Positions 19,208-30,505 of a stretch of DNA of 40,037 nucleotides are shown here, piece by piece. The stretch is from the NCBI GenBank assembly GCA_035539675.1, contig DATLHW010000085.1, positions 1 through 40,037 on the forward strand. The letters are read 5' to 3'. Position 1 is the first letter of the stretch. Each line of letters begins with the position of its first letter. The DNA comes from Burkholderiales bacterium (GTDB lineage: Bacteria; Pseudomonadota; Gammaproteobacteria; Burkholderiales; DATLHW01). The notes under the pieces were generated by a model, which saw only the letters and a program-made list of their open reading frames with translations, was not told where the DNA came from and did no database searches. The position numbers were made by a program, and so were the translations under genes.

Positions 19208-19927
19208 TTACGCCAATATCAAAAAGACAGCGGGACGCTTATTTAAATCAGGCGGGGATTTCCGCCAATTTGTAATTGTTTGCATGCAAACTGATTCCGT
19301 GGCGACCGTGAGATCGACGGCTATACAGAGACGGGTGCGGGGATTCAATACGGCAAGTAAATCAACAAGGAGGGCATTGTTCCTGTACGGGGTTTCGATG
19401 AATATCTGAGTTTGTTTCTGCCGCGATGATTCTTTCTCCAGTTCTGTAATGCGTTTCATTCTTCCAATCTTGTCAGCAGGAAGGTAGCCATGGAATGCGA
19501 AGCTCTGGCCATTGAGGCCGGACGCGATTAATGCGAGCAGGATTGAGGAGGGTCCGACGAGGGGGCGCACGGGGATTCCCCTTGCGTGTGCGAGCGCCAC
19601 CAACGCTGAGCCGGGATCTGCAATGCCCGGACACCCGGCTTCCGACATCAAACCTATATCTTTTCCATCCAATAGTGGCTTTAGGAGGGAATTAAGCTGG
19701 TCGGCCTTCGTGTGTTCGTCGAGCACTTCCATTTTGATCAGTTGAAGTGCGATTTCGGAGCCGATTTGTTTCAGGAAATGGCGAGCGGTTTTGGGGTTTT
19801 CCACGACGAAGTGTTCTAGGCCGCTGATGAGTGTTCTCGCGGCTGGCGGCAACGCAAACTCGATGCCGCTGTCGCCGAGGGGAACTGGCGCTAGGTAAAG
19901 CGTGCCTAATTTAGATGTTTCCACCAT
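19208..19927 (-). CDS. SAM-dependent methyltransferase, tetrapyrrole-methylase (RsmI-like) superfamily
   Basis: LYLAPVPLGD and SEAGCPGIADPG resemble the TP_methylase fold. Its ATG abuts the maf stop codon (TAAATG). Confidence 0.7.
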   Translation of the reverse strand: MVETSKLGTLYLAPVPLGDSGIEFALPPAARTLISGLEHFVVENPKTARHFLKQIGSEIALQLIKMEVLDEHTKADQLNSLLKPLLDGKDIGLMSEAGCPGIADPGSALVALAHARGIPVRPLVGPSSILLALIASGLNGQSFAFHGYLPADKIGRMKRITELEKESSRQKQTQIFIETPYRNNALLVDLLAVLNPRTRLCIAVDLTVATESVCMQTITNWRKSPPDLNKRPAVFLILA

Positions 19928-20527
19928 TTAAATAACCTCAATGCCCTCGTTTTTCAGCATGCTCACTAATTCAATGAGGGGGAGTCCAATTAGCGCATTG
20001 GGATCGGACCCTTCCATGCGGGCGATGAGAGCGATGCCGAGCCCCTCGGATTTTGCGCTTCCTGCGCAGTTATATGGTTGCTCTCGGTGAAGATAGGTCT
20101 CTATTTGCGCATCGCTTATGTCACGAAATGTCACAGTGGTTGACGTCACTCCAGTTTGGATTGCGCCGGTGAGGCCATTAAGTAAAGTAAGCGCGGTGTG
20201 GAAAACGACGGATTTCCCTCGCATTCTGCGTAACTGTATTACCGCATTTTCATGGGTGTCGGGCTTGCCGATATGCTCGTTCCCAAGCGACGCGACTTGG
20301 TCGGAGCCGATAACGAGCGCGTCGGGGAAAGTTTTAACGACGGCGCGCGCTTTAGCCTCCGAGAGCCGCGCTGCTCTCATATGTGCGAACTCGTTCGGGA
20401 GCGCCTCCTCATTAACATTCGGGGCGGCGATCTCAAATGGCAGGCCTAGTTTGGATAATAGTTCGCGACGGAAGGGCGACGTTGAGGCGAGAATAAGTTT
20501 TCTATTCAAAATCAATTCTTTTGACAC
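19928..20527 (-). CDS. maf: Maf-like nucleoside-triphosphate pyrophosphatase
   Basis: LILASTSPFRRELLSKLGLPF...IGSDQV...AGSAKSEGLG. It starts at GTG. Confidence 0.9.
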   Translation of the reverse strand: MSKELILNRKLILASTSPFRRELLSKLGLPFEIAAPNVNEEALPNEFAHMRAARLSEAKARAVVKTFPDALVIGSDQVASLGNEHIGKPDTHENAVIQLRRMRGKSVVFHTALTLLNGLTGAIQTGVTSTTVTFRDISDAQIETYLHREQPYNCAGSAKSEGLGIALIARMEGSDPNALIGLPLIELVSMLKNEGIEVI

Positions 20528-20549
20528 TGTATTTCAAAAAGAATATCAT
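20521..20549 (+). promoter_or_regulatory. near-consensus sigma-70 promoter of the yceD-rpmF-plsX-fab operon
   Basis: TTGACA, a 17-nt spacer, then TATCAT, about 50 nt upstream of the yceD ATG. The -35 hexamer overlaps the GTG start codon of divergent maf. Confidence 0.6.
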
Positions 20550-20601
20550 GCGCGCCTCATAACTGACCAGCCCGTCGTTAAAGGCTGTTTCGTAATAAAT
20601 C

Positions 20602-21099
20602 ATGTCTGCACTACCAATCATCGACATTGCGGAGTTTACTCGCCTAGAAAAGATCATTGACGGCTCCATTGCTGTGATCGATTTGCCTCGATTGAAAGAC
20701 TTGGTGCTTGTTGGCGACCAAACGCTGCAATATACAGTGCGCGGCGACTTGACTGCGAGACGAGAGGCCCGGATTACATGTACAATCCACGGCTTCGTTT
20801 CGCTGGAGTGTCGGCGTTGTCTTGGGGCTTTTGCCCATGCATTGGAAATTCATTCCACGCTGATTTTTTTGCCCGACGAGAGTCAATTACCCCTGCTTGA
20901 AGATGAGGACGATTCCATCGATTACTTGGTGGGGGAAAAGACTTTGGATTTGTTTGCGTTGATTGAGGATGAAATTATTCTTGCCTTACCGTTGGCTCCA
21001 CGGCATGGAGCAGGTGAGTGCGAGAAATCGGAGGGGCAAAGGACCAGCGGCGGAAAGCCCTCGCCGTTTGCTGTCTTGGCCAAGTTGAAGCGGCCCTAA
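20602..21099 (+). CDS. yceD: YceD (DUF177) large-subunit rRNA accumulation protein
   Basis: It has the conserved position immediately upstream of rpmF, a CRRC motif and an acidic central region. Confidence 0.85.
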   Translation: MSALPIIDIAEFTRLEKIIDGSIAVIDLPRLKDLVLVGDQTLQYTVRGDLTARREARITCTIHGFVSLECRRCLGAFAHALEIHSTLIFLPDESQLPLLEDEDDSIDYLVGEKTLDLFALIEDEIILALPLAPRHGAGECEKSEGQRTSGGKPSPFAVLAKLKRP

Positions 21100-21153
21100 A
21101 AGCTTCTTTTTAATTGTGCGTTGGAAAATAAGTTATTTTTGAAGGAGTAAATC

Positions 21154-21333
21154 ATGGCAGTTCAGCAGAATAAAAAGTCACCTTCCAAGCGTGGAATGCG
21201 CCGCGCTCACGATTTTTTGACCAATCCCCCATTGGCCGTGGAGCCAACGACGGGTGAAGTTCATTTGCGTCACCACATCAGCCCAAGCGGCTACTACCGC
21301 GGTAGAAAAGTACTGAAGACCAAGGACGAGTAA
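21154..21333 (+). CDS. rpmF: 50S ribosomal protein L32
   Basis: This gene is absent from the ORF track because it is 59 aa. The sequence is [59 protein letters not shown], preceded by GAAGGAG. Confidence 0.95.
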   Translation: MAVQQNKKSPSKRGMRRAHDFLTNPPLAVEPTTGEVHLRHHISPSGYYRGRKVLKTKDE

Positions 21334-21415
21334 ACCTCGCTTCTTTGGTGGACATTTTCCCTTTGCTTGGGAAGTGTTCACATTGCGGCCTGTCCGAGAC
21401 CTCGGGCCGCTTGTC

Positions 21416-22513
21416 ATGAACTTTATTAGAGGTGTCCCTATTTCTTCGTTGGACGAGCGCTTACCGATTGTTGTCACGGTTGCTGTTGATGCGATGGGGG
21501 GGGACTTCGGCCCTTCTGTGACTGTCGCTGCTGCGGTTCATTATGTCCGTCACAATCCGGACGTGAAGATACTACTGGTCGGCAAGAGCGACGCCATTAA
21601 GGCTGAGTTACGCAGCCACAAGGTGACCAGTAGTCAGTTGGAGATCTGCGACGCTTCTCAGGTTGTTGAGATGAGCGAGCCGCCTGCGCAAGCGCTACGT
21701 GGAAAGAAAGACTCGTCCATGAGGATTGCAATCAATCTGGTCAAGGACGGCGTAGCAAGCGCGTGCGTAAGCGCCGGTAATACCGGTGCGCTAATGGCCA
21801 TTGGGCGATTTGTTCTGAAAACTCTGCCTGGAATTGATCGCCCCGCCATTTGTTCCGCGTTGCCCACGACAAAGGGGCATACGTATTTGCTTGACCTGGG
21901 AGCCAACGTTGATTGCACTCCCGATCACCTATTGCAGTTCGGAATAATGGGCGCCATGTTGGCTTCGGCCATCGACGGCACGGAACGCCCAAGCGTCGGG
22001 TTGCTCAATATTGGCGAAGAAGACATCAAGGGCGACGCGGTGGTAAAGCAAGCGGCTGACCTCCTGCGCGCCAGTAACCTCAACTTCTACGGTAATGTTG
22101 AGGGCGACGATATTTACAAAGGTACGACCGATGTCGTGGTGTGTGATGGGTTCGTCGGGAATGTCGCGCTGAAAACCTCCGAGGGTTTGGCGAAAATGGT
22201 CAGCGGTATCTTGAAAGAGGAGTTCGGTCGGAGCATGCTAGCGAAGGTGGCTGCCTTTGTCGCTTTTCCCGTGTTGAGGAAAATCAAGAAGCGTGTGGAC
22301 AATCGTCGCTACAACGGAGCAACGCTGGTTGGTTTGAAGGGCGTTGTTATCAAAAGCCATGGCTCCGCTGATCGCTACGCGTATGAATGCGCAATTGATC
22401 GCGCTGTACGCGAGGTTCGCGAAGGTGTTCTGGAGCGCATATCGACCGAAATAGAGCAGGAGCATGGCGGCCTTGGCGCTGCTCCGACATCCACCCAACA
22501 ATCTAGAGCATGA
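21416..22513 (+). CDS. plsX: phosphate acyltransferase PlsX
   Basis: [19 protein letters not shown] and VCDGFVGN motifs. The start is uncertain among ATG 21416, GTG 21374 and an internal TTG. A GC hairpin (GCGGCC..CCGAG/CTCGG..GGCCGC) lies at about 21386..21410. Confidence 0.9.
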   Translation: MNFIRGVPISSLDERLPIVVTVAVDAMGGDFGPSVTVAAAVHYVRHNPDVKILLVGKSDAIKAELRSHKVTSSQLEICDASQVVEMSEPPAQALRGKKDSSMRIAINLVKDGVASACVSAGNTGALMAIGRFVLKTLPGIDRPAICSALPTTKGHTYLLDLGANVDCTPDHLLQFGIMGAMLASAIDGTERPSVGLLNIGEEDIKGDAVVKQAADLLRASNLNFYGNVEGDDIYKGTTDVVVCDGFVGNVALKTSEGLAKMVSGILKEEFGRSMLAKVAAFVAFPVLRKIKKRVDNRRYNGATLVGLKGVVIKSHGSADRYAYECAIDRAVREVREGVLERISTEIEQEHGGLGAAPTSTQQSRA

Positions 22514-23469
22514 TTTATTCTCGCATCATTGGCACTGGAAGCTATCTTCCAGAAAAGGTGCTGACGAACCACGATCTGGAAAAGATGGTGGAGACGTCAG
22601 ATGAATGGATTCATTCGCGTACGGGTATCCGTGAGCGTCACATTGCCGCAGAGGGCGAATTTTCCAGTGATCTAGGGCTAAAAGCCGCCGAGCGCGCTAT
22701 CGCTGCATCAGGCGTCGCCCGTGAAGAGATAGATCTCATTGTCTTCGCCACCAGCACGCCGGATATGATTTTTCCTAGCGCCGCGTGCATCTTGCAAAAC
22801 AAGCTCGGTATTAAAAATTGCGCGGCTTTTGACATACAAGCGGTGTGCACTGGTTTTATTTACGCCTTGGCTGTCGCCGACAAGTTTGTTCGGTCCGGCC
22901 AGCATCGTTGCGCGTTGGTGGTCGGTGCGGAGGTTTTTTCTCGCATTCTTGATTGGAGCGATCGGAGTACGTGCGTATTATTTGGCGATGGCGCGGGGGC
23001 GGTGGTTCTAAAAGCATCCGAATCGCCCGGAATACTTACCAGCCATTTGCATGCGGACGGTGGATATCGAGATATTCTTTGCGTGCCGGGTTCTGTCTCT
23101 GGCGGTAAGGTTCAAGGACACCCGTTTGTGAAAATGGAAGGTAACGCTGTATTTAAGTTTGCTGTGCGCGTATTGGAAGAGGTTGCTAACGAAGCGCTAA
23201 GTACGGCGGGGTTGGATAAATCCGACATCGATTGGATGGTTCCTCATCAAGCTAATATTCGAATCATTCAAGCAACTGCACGTAAGCTCGATTTGTCGCC
23301 GGAACGGGTGATTGTCACCGTCGATCGTCACGGTAATACTTCAGCGGCTTCGGTGCCGCTTGCACTTGATGAGGCGGTGCGCGATGGACGTATCAAGGCC
23401 GGTCATCACGTCTTGCTTGAGGGCGTGGGTGGCGGTTTTACGTGGGGCTCGTTGTTGATGCGTTGGTAG
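22510..23469 (+). CDS. fabH: 3-oxoacyl-ACP synthase III
   Basis: It carries the active-site C (AVCTGF), HQAN and GNTSAAS. There is an ATGA overlap with plsX. Confidence 0.95.
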   Translation: MIYSRIIGTGSYLPEKVLTNHDLEKMVETSDEWIHSRTGIRERHIAAEGEFSSDLGLKAAERAIAASGVAREEIDLIVFATSTPDMIFPSAACILQNKLGIKNCAAFDIQAVCTGFIYALAVADKFVRSGQHRCALVVGAEVFSRILDWSDRSTCVLFGDGAGAVVLKASESPGILTSHLHADGGYRDILCVPGSVSGGKVQGHPFVKMEGNAVFKFAVRVLEEVANEALSTAGLDKSDIDWMVPHQANIRIIQATARKLDLSPERVIVTVDRHGNTSAASVPLALDEAVRDGRIKAGHHVLLEGVGGGFTWGSLLMRW

Positions 23470-23524
23470 CGATGACGCAGTCGCCTCGCTGATCCTACTT
23501 CGATATAAATAACGGTTAACCACA

Positions 23525-24460
23525 ATGACTTTTGCATTCGTGTTTCCTGGGCAAGGCTCTCAAGCAGTCGGTATGACGAAGGCGTATGAGGGATTGAGTG
23601 AAGTGCGGGAAGTATTTGCCGAGGCGTCTGATGTGTTGGGGCTCGATATCTTGCAAATGGTCCAAGAAGGGCCGGCGGAGACGCTCAACCAGACGATTAA
23701 CACGCAACCAGTGATGCTAACGGCGGGTTACGCTGTTTATCGAGCGTGGCAGGCGATGAGCGATAAAACGCCATCGATATTTGCGGGACACAGCTTAGGT
23801 GAATATAGCGCGCTGGTGGCGGCTGGCGCGCTGGCTTTTAAGGATGCGCTACCACTTGTGCGTTTTCGCGCGAAGGCGATGCAGGACGCAGTGAAGGACG
23901 GCGAAGGCGGAATGGCGGCCATTCTCGGCCTGGACGAGGAGCCGGTGATCGAGGCGTGTCGGGAAGCGGCCCAGGGGCAAGTGCTTGAAGCCGTAAATCT
24001 CAACTCCCCCGGACAGATAGTTATTGCTGGCCATCGCGAGGCCGTGTTGCGCGGTTGTGAATTGGTCAAGGCGAAAGGCGCCAAGCGAGCAATGATGTTG
24101 CCGGTTAGCGTGCCATCACATTGTGCGCTGATGAAGCCAGCCGCTGACAAACTTCGTGATTACCTAGCTGGCGTCTCGATGACGTCTCCGCTCATTCCGG
24201 TCGTTCAAAATGCGGATGTCCAAGCGCATGGCGATGCTGCGGCTGTGAAGGATGCGTTGGTGCGGCAGCTGTATTCCCCCGTTCGATGGATTGAGACCGT
24301 TCAATATTTTGCTCGGCAGGGAATCGCTATGGTCGTTGAATGCGGGCCGGGAAAAGTGTTGGGCGGATTGACCAAGCGCATCGACAGCAATTTGCAGTCG
24401 TTGACTTTGCACGACGAGGTTGCATTGCATGATTTGATGGCGAAGTTACAGGCCGCTTAA
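23525..24460 (+). CDS. fabD: malonyl-CoA:ACP transacylase
   Basis: FVFPGQGSQ and GHSLGEYSAL motifs. Confidence 0.95.
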   Translation: MTFAFVFPGQGSQAVGMTKAYEGLSEVREVFAEASDVLGLDILQMVQEGPAETLNQTINTQPVMLTAGYAVYRAWQAMSDKTPSIFAGHSLGEYSALVAAGALAFKDALPLVRFRAKAMQDAVKDGEGGMAAILGLDEEPVIEACREAAQGQVLEAVNLNSPGQIVIAGHREAVLRGCELVKAKGAKRAMMLPVSVPSHCALMKPAADKLRDYLAGVSMTSPLIPVVQNADVQAHGDAAAVKDALVRQLYSPVRWIETVQYFARQGIAMVVECGPGKVLGGLTKRIDSNLQSLTLHDEVALHDLMAKLQAA

Positions 24461-24491
24461 ATAAATCAATTTTCGTTCTCATCTTAAAACC

Positions 24492-25226
24492 ATGACTGAC
24501 ATTGCACTCGTAACCGGCGCAAGCCGAGGAATTGGGCAGGCGATTGCGCAGATGCTCGCGAAACAGGGCGTAACCGTCATTGGCACGGCGACCACGGATG
24601 CCGGCGCGGCGGGAATCAGCAAGTATTTGCAAGAGGCTGGCGCGAAAGGCGAGGGCGTTGTCCTGAACGTAAACGACGCCGCACGCATCCAAGCTGTTGT
24701 GGATGATATTCAGAATCGTTATGGCTCTATTTTTGTTCTGGTGAACAATGCAGGCATTACTCGCGACAACCTACTGGCTCGGATGAAGGACGAAGAGTGG
24801 GATGACGTCATGGCGACGAATCTGCGTTCGATCTTCAGTCTTGCTCGCGCGGTGATGCGTGGCATGATGAAATCGCGTTGCGGACGAATCATCAACATTA
24901 CATCTGTTGTCGGGGCAGCAGGTAATCCCGGGCAAACAAATTATGCCGCAGCGAAGGCTGGCGTTGTGGGTTTTACCAAGTCGCTGGCGCGTGAGGTGGG
25001 GAGTCGGGGCATTACAGTCAATTGTGTGGCGCCTGGATTTATTGATACCGACATGACTCGTTCGTTGTCGGAAATACAGCAAAAAGCTTTATTGCAGAAT
25101 ATTCCACTTGGCCGACTGGGTCATGTGGATGATATCGCCGCAGCGGTGGCTTTCCTTGCATCGCCCGGCGCGAGCTACGTCACGGGTACTACCATTCACG
25201 TGAACGGTGGAATGTACATGAGTTAA
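24492..25226 (+). CDS. fabG: 3-oxoacyl-ACP reductase
   Basis: An SDR with TGASRGIG, NNAG and YAAAK motifs. Confidence 0.95.
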   Translation: MTDIALVTGASRGIGQAIAQMLAKQGVTVIGTATTDAGAAGISKYLQEAGAKGEGVVLNVNDAARIQAVVDDIQNRYGSIFVLVNNAGITRDNLLARMKDEEWDDVMATNLRSIFSLARAVMRGMMKSRCGRIINITSVVGAAGNPGQTNYAAAKAGVVGFTKSLAREVGSRGITVNCVAPGFIDTDMTRSLSEIQQKALLQNIPLGRLGHVDDIAAAVAFLASPGASYVTGTTIHVNGGMYMS

Positions 25227-25487
25227 CGGCAGCGCTGGCGCTTCTAAAGCACTGTCGCCTGATTGGCCGACGGTAGTGATGAAGCCCACTTTTCTAAGAA
25301 GTTATAGACAAATTTAATGCGCGGGCCGATTCGTGGTCTGCGAGGCGCAACGTAGCGGTTGTACGCCTGCGCTTCCCGGCCGCAACACTGCCTGCTCGCT
25401 GCAATTTGTCTGCAGCTTCTCAGTGATACGTGATTGGAATTTTGATAAAATCACGCAACTTTACATTCAGGAAGGAGAGTTAGATAC

Positions 25488-25727
25488 ATGGAAAACATCG
25501 AGCAACGCGTCAAAAAAATCGTCGCAGAGCAACTCGGAGTAAACGAGGCGGACGTCAAGTTTGAGTCGTCGTTCGTGAATGATTTAGGCGCCGATTCCCT
25601 TGATACCGTTGAATTGGTCATGGCCTTGGAAGAAGAGTTCGAGTGCGAGATTCCGGACGAAGAAGCGGAAAAAATTACGACTGTCCAGCAGGCCATCGAC
25701 TACGTTCAAAGCCACGTCAAGGTCTAA
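25488..25727 (+). CDS. acpP: acyl carrier protein
   Basis: [20 protein letters not shown] contains the phosphopantetheine serine. Confidence 0.97.
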   Translation: MENIEQRVKKIVAEQLGVNEADVKFESSFVNDLGADSLDTVELVMALEEEFECEIPDEEAEKITTVQQAIDYVQSHVKV

Positions 25728-25798
25728 TCGTTCTCCCATAAGGGTTCGATTTGTCCATTACATAATTCAGAGCCTTTTCCTCAAGAAAGCTATCTCCC

Positions 25799-27037
25799 GT
25801 GTCTAAACGTCGTGTGGTCGTAACTGGCCTCGGCATGATCTCGCCGGTTGGAGTCGGCGTTGCCGAGTCCTGGGCCAATTTAATTGCGGGTCGAAGTGGG
25901 ATCGCCAGGATTACCCGATTCGACCCTTCAGCGCTTCCCGTTCAGTTTGCTGGCGAAGCAAAGAACCTTGATGTAACGAAATACCTGTCTCCGAAAGACG
26001 CGCGCCGGATGGATATGTTCATCCAGTACGGACTTATTGCAGGTATTGAGGCGGTCAAGGATTCAGGGTTGGTCGTAACCGAGGAGAACGCCGAGAGAAT
26101 CGGCGTTAACGTGGGCTCCGGCATTGGCGGCTTGCCGTTAATCGAAGAGATGCATAGCGTGATGCAGGCTGGGGGATGGCGTAAGGTTTCGCCCTTCTTT
26201 ATTCCGGGCACCATTATCAATTTGATCGCGGGTAACCTGTCGATTCATTTTGGATTCAAGGGACCTAGCCTAGCCATCGCCACGGCATGCACGACATCCA
26301 CTCATTGTATCGGCGATGCTGGCCGAATGATTGAGTATGGCGATGCGGATGTGATGGTTGCTGGGGGAGCGGAATCAACCGTTTCCGCGCTATGTGTCGC
26401 GGGATTTGCGGCCGCGCGTGCGCTCTCCACTCGGAATGATGATCCCGCCACGGCGAGCCGTCCGTTCGACAAGGATCGCGATGGCTTTGTCATTGGGGAA
26501 GGCGCTGGCGTTTTGGTGCTTGAGGAATACGAGCATGCCAAGGCGCGCGGAGCCAAAATTTATTGCGAGCTGGTTGGTTTCGGCATGAGCAGCGATGCCC
26601 ACCATATCACTGCGCCAGTAGAGGATGGTGAGGGTGCTCGGCGCGCGATGGCTAATGCGCTTAGAAATGCTCGCATCAATAATGATGAAGTCGATGCAAT
26701 CAATCCTCACGCGACGTCAACGCACTTGGGAGATATCGCGGAAACAGTCGCAGTGAAGCGGCAGTTTGGGGATCATGCGAAGAAGATCGCCATCAGCGCA
26801 ACTAAATCCATGACGGGGCATTTGTTGGGGGCGGCGGGTGGTGTCGAAGCGGTGTTTTCGGCGCTGAGCATACACAACAGCATAGCGCCGCCAACTATCA
26901 ACATTTTTAATCCTGATCCCCAGTGCGATCTGGATTACGTGCGTGATACGGCGCGCGAAATGAAGATCAATGTTGCTGTTTCCAACTCGTTTGGTTTCGG
27001 CGGCACTAATGGGTCGTTGGTGTTTCGTCGGATTTAG
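25799..27037 (+). CDS. fabF: 3-oxoacyl-ACP synthase II
   Basis: It has the ATACTTS active-site Cys, both catalytic His regions (HITAP, HATST) and C-terminal NSFGFGGTN. It starts at GTG. Confidence 0.95.
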   Translation: MSKRRVVVTGLGMISPVGVGVAESWANLIAGRSGIARITRFDPSALPVQFAGEAKNLDVTKYLSPKDARRMDMFIQYGLIAGIEAVKDSGLVVTEENAERIGVNVGSGIGGLPLIEEMHSVMQAGGWRKVSPFFIPGTIINLIAGNLSIHFGFKGPSLAIATACTTSTHCIGDAGRMIEYGDADVMVAGGAESTVSALCVAGFAAARALSTRNDDPATASRPFDKDRDGFVIGEGAGVLVLEEYEHAKARGAKIYCELVGFGMSSDAHHITAPVEDGEGARRAMANALRNARINNDEVDAINPHATSTHLGDIAETVAVKRQFGDHAKKIAISATKSMTGHLLGAAGGVEAVFSALSIHNSIAPPTINIFNPDPQCDLDYVRDTAREMKINVAVSNSFGFGGTNGSLVFRRI

Positions 27038-27065
27038 GGTTGCGCTTGATCAGCTTGGAGACTTC

Positions 27066-27324
27066 TAAGAACCTGTTCGAGATATGTGGCGAGTGGGTTT
27101 GATTTGAGTGCGGAACAGAGGTTCCGGTTGGCGTCGACCGCCTGCGAAGTGGCTTTCCGATGCAGTGGAAAGCGGGCTCTGCATGGGATGGGCGGACGCG
27201 TATAAAGCGTCGGCATGGCGCCGGACTCTCAAAACGCCGTTTCAGTGTAGGCTAACTCGCGATAGCAAGTTAAGCGGCGATAGCTAAAGTCGGCCCGCGC
27301 AGTAAGATCTCGAACAGGTTCTAA
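27066..27324. repeat. Family C MITE-like element, copy 1 (253-bp core plus TAA/TAA flanks)
   Basis: The core 27069..27321 starts GAACCTGTTCGAGAT and ends ATCTCGAACAGGTTC (15-bp perfect TIR). It is flanked by TAA at 27066..27068 and TAA at 27322..27324. Subterminal sequence is shared with the copies at about 34014 and 37368, including GCAGTAAGATC. Confidence 0.8.
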
Positions 27325-27476
27325 GTCATCGATTGGCAGGAGAAACAAGGCTAGATAACTATGCGCCGATAGCGCGTGGCGCCCTTAGACGAAGGACCGC
27401 CAATGAATCTCGCTTCTAGTGCGATATTTAAATTCCATATTCAAAGCTATTTCCACAGAGGGCCTAGGCGCTTCCA

Positions 27477-28469
27477 ATGATTAAGCGGTTTTTTATCCTG
27501 ATTCTGGGAGCCGCGCTAATCGCAGCGGCCATGTTTGCGACTTGGCTTGTCCTGTTTGTTCATAAGCCTGTAGTCCCCCCGGTCCTTCCCTTCGAGTTTT
27601 CCGTTAAACATGGCAGCACGCTGAAAAGCGCCGCGCGCGATATCGCCGCAAGCGGGTTGCCAATTTCCCCTTTGCAATTTGAGATGATGGCGCGCCTGAT
27701 GGGCAAGGGGCGGGACGTTAAGGCGGGAACTTATCAATTAAGCGGCCCAATCACGCCATTTGATTTGCTCACTAAATTGCGAATTGGGGACGCAATCCAT
27801 AGTGAAATCACGTTTATCGAGGGCATTAGTTTCGGTCAAATGCGTAAGGTCCTTGCAGGGCACGCAGGGTTGAAACAGGATACCGTCAAACTTTCGGATA
27901 AAGCGATTCTTAAGCAGGTGGGCGCCCATGAAGCGCATCCAGAGGGTTTGTTTTTCCCCGACACATATAAATTTAGTAGTGGGATGAGTGATTTGGCGAT
28001 TCTCAAGCAGGCATATCAGGCGATGCACAGCATGTTGAGCAAGCAATGGGAAAAACGAGCGCCGGGCTTACCTTATAAAACGCCATACGAAGCCTTGATC
28101 ATGGCCTCCATCGTTGAAAAGGAAACTGGTAAGGCGGAGGAGCGCTCTCATATCGCGGGCGTTTTTGTGAATCGTCTTAAACGAGGTATGAAGCTGCAGA
28201 CCGATCCCACGGTAATTTACGGTATTGGCGAAGCTTTCGACGGCAACATTCGTAAGCGCGACTTGAGCGCCGATACGCCGTACAACACCTATACTCGTGT
28301 TGGTCTGCCGCCTACGCCGATCGCTATGCCGGGATTGGCGGCGATCGAGGCCGCGTTACAGCCTGCCGCCACGGAAGATCTTTATTTCGTGGCGCGGCGC
28401 GATGGCTCGCATCATTTTTCCAAGACGCTCGAAGAACATAATCGAGCCGTCGCGAAATATCAAAAATAG
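27477..28469 (+). CDS. mltG: endolytic murein transglycosylase MltG (YceG)
   Basis: It has an N-terminal TM helix and YceG motifs ([30 protein letters not shown]). Confidence 0.92.
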   Translation: MIKRFFILILGAALIAAAMFATWLVLFVHKPVVPPVLPFEFSVKHGSTLKSAARDIAASGLPISPLQFEMMARLMGKGRDVKAGTYQLSGPITPFDLLTKLRIGDAIHSEITFIEGISFGQMRKVLAGHAGLKQDTVKLSDKAILKQVGAHEAHPEGLFFPDTYKFSSGMSDLAILKQAYQAMHSMLSKQWEKRAPGLPYKTPYEALIMASIVEKETGKAEERSHIAGVFVNRLKRGMKLQTDPTVIYGIGEAFDGNIRKRDLSADTPYNTYTRVGLPPTPIAMPGLAAIEAALQPAATEDLYFVARRDGSHHFSKTLEEHNRAVAKYQK

Positions 28470-28480
28470 GGGCGCATTTC

Positions 28481-29101
28481 TTGAGCCGTGGAATTTTCAT
28501 TACGCTGGAAGGCATCGACGGGGCGGGCAAGAGCACTCACCTTGAGTGGTTAACCGCATTTTTGCAGCGCCAAGGAAAAGCGGTGGTTCGTACGCGGGAG
28601 CCTGGCGGGACGCCGCTGGGAGAGAAAATACGCGCATTGCTATTGTCCGAGCCAATGCAGCCGGAGACGGAGGCGCTGCTGATGTTCGCGGCGCGCGCGG
28701 AACATCTGAAAACCGTGATCGAACCTGCGCTTTCCAGAGGCAATTGGGTTGTTTCCGACCGTTTCACTGACGCAAGCTTCGCCTATCAGGGCGGAGGCAG
28801 GGGGCTCGCCGAGGAAAAGCTGGCGATGTTGGAGCGTTGGGTTCAGGACGGACTACAGCCTGATTTGACGTTGTTATTCGATGTGCCCCTGGAAATATCC
28901 CGACAACGCTTGGCGAATGCGGGTAATGCGCCGGATCGCTTTGAGCAGGAAAAGTCTGATTTTTTTAATCGAGTGCGCAATATGTACCTTAAACGCGCAG
29001 CGGAGGCTCCGGATCGGATTAAAGTGATCGACAGCGATCAGCCAGTCCCCCTGATTCGAAGTAATCTGGAAGAAATCATCGAAGCTATTCTTCTCAAATG
29101 A
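28481..29101 (+). CDS. tmk: thymidylate kinase
   Basis: [15 protein letters not shown]-loop and DRF..S..AYQG. It starts at TTG. Confidence 0.93.
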   Translation: MSRGIFITLEGIDGAGKSTHLEWLTAFLQRQGKAVVRTREPGGTPLGEKIRALLLSEPMQPETEALLMFAARAEHLKTVIEPALSRGNWVVSDRFTDASFAYQGGGRGLAEEKLAMLERWVQDGLQPDLTLLFDVPLEISRQRLANAGNAPDRFEQEKSDFFNRVRNMYLKRAAEAPDRIKVIDSDQPVPLIRSNLEEIIEAILLK

Positions 29102-30144
29102 TCTATCCATGGCACCAATCTTCATGGAGTCAGTTGCAGGCGGCAAGCGTGCAACAACATCATGCCTTGCTGCTGCATGGACCGGCTGGTGCGGGCAAAC
29201 ACCGGTTTGCTGAAATTCTCGCGCAGTCGTTGCTTTGCGCCAACCCGAAGGAAACAGGGGCGCCGTGCGAGGAATGCGCGGATTGCCACTGGTTCGAACA
29301 AAAATCCCATCCCGACTTCCGACTTTTGACGCCCGATGCGCTACGCGCTGAATCGGAGGCGGATGCCGAGCTATCCGGTGAAGAAGGCGCTCGTGGCGAA
29401 AAGAAACTGACGACTCAAATTACCATTGAGCAGGTGCGTGCGTTACAAGATTTTATTTTCTTAACGACGCACCGGAGGGGTGGCAGACGGGTGATCCTGG
29501 TCCATCCGGCCGACGCCATGAACGTTTTTTCGGGTAACGCGCTTTTAAAAATGCTGGAAGAGCCCCCACGGGGAACGGTATTTTTGCTTGTGACAGACGA
29601 ATTGAGGCGTTTATTGCCGACTATTATTAGCCGGTGCCGTCGTTTTCCCTTGCCGACCGCTAACCACGTTGATGCCCTTGCATGGCTACAGGATCAGGGC
29701 GTCGCCGATGCGGAAATTTTGTTGGCCCAGGCAGGCGGCAGCCCGTTGGATGCGTTGGCGACCGCTGGATCTGAAGAACAGCAGGAGCGCCGTCGTTTCC
29801 TTGACCAATTAAGCCAACTTTCCGGCCCGGGCGCGGCGTTGGAATTGGCCGCAGCTTCCCAAAAAATAGCCCTCTCCACAGTGGTGCGCTGGCTTTTCAC
29901 TTGGTGCTATGACCTGATGGCGGCATCCCTCACCGATACTGTCCGATATCACCTTGATTATCGCGACGCCATCAAAAAGCTGGCTTTACGATTGCCCATG
30001 GATCAGTTATTGATCTACCAGGACACATTGAAATCCGCCGCCCGGTCTGTGAATCATCCGCTTAATCCGAGACTTTTTTTGGAGCAGTTGTTACTATCTT
30101 ATCTGCAAACCATAAGGGACTCATCCGCCGGTGAATATATCTGA
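29098..30144 (+). CDS. holB: DNA polymerase III delta-prime subunit
   Basis: YPW...[13 protein letters not shown], a Cys cluster C..C..C.W, and SRC. There is an ATGA overlap with tmk. Confidence 0.9.
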   Translation: MIYPWHQSSWSQLQAASVQQHHALLLHGPAGAGKHRFAEILAQSLLCANPKETGAPCEECADCHWFEQKSHPDFRLLTPDALRAESEADAELSGEEGARGEKKLTTQITIEQVRALQDFIFLTTHRRGGRRVILVHPADAMNVFSGNALLKMLEEPPRGTVFLLVTDELRRLLPTIISRCRRFPLPTANHVDALAWLQDQGVADAEILLAQAGGSPLDALATAGSEEQQERRRFLDQLSQLSGPGAALELAAASQKIALSTVVRWLFTWCYDLMAASLTDTVRYHLDYRDAIKKLALRLPMDQLLIYQDTLKSAARSVNHPLNPRLFLEQLLLSYLQTIRDSSAGEYI

Positions 30145-30505
30145 ATCAGCGAGCAGTGAGCTTATTGTCCGTCCAGGCGTGATGTCCCTGACGGTGCGTA
30201 ACAAGGCTTCCCTGTACGCAGCCTATATTCCCTGGCTGCGTAATGGCGGCATGTTCCTGCCGTCGGAAAAGCCTATGAACCTCGGCGAACCATTTTTGCT
30301 GATACTTACCCTGATGGATGACCCGGCCAAAATTCCCATAGCCGGGCAGGTGGCCTGGATTACCCCGCCTAATGCGCATGGCAATCGGCCTGCTGGCTTA
30401 GGGATACAGTTTTCGGACAACCAGCAGATGAAAGACTTAAAGAAGCGGATCGAGAACATTCTTGCCGGGGCTTTGCAATCGTCGAAGCCAACCCATACCA
30501 TCTAA
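30131..30505 (+). CDS. pilZ: PilZ-domain protein, type IV pilus assembly PilZ type
   Basis: LYAAYIPWLRNGGMF..P...G....L and its position directly after holB match Pseudomonas. I do not see the canonical RxxxR and D/NxSxxG c-di-GMP motifs. The start is uncertain between GTG 30131 and the internal Met. Confidence 0.8.
   Translation: MNISESASSELIVRPGVMSLTVRNKASLYAAYIPWLRNGGMFLPSEKPMNLGEPFLLILTLMDDPAKIPIAGQVAWITPPNAHGNRPAGLGIQFSDNQQMKDLKKRIENILAGALQSSKPTHTI

Noticed and set aside
25227-25487. The long (261-bp) fabG-acpP spacer with a small inverted repeat GTGATT...AATCAC, and a 69-aa ORF (25333..25542).
   Set aside because: A spacer of about 200 bp with an internal acpP promoter is normal for this operon in E. 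coli. The ORF overlaps the acpP start out of frame and has no support.
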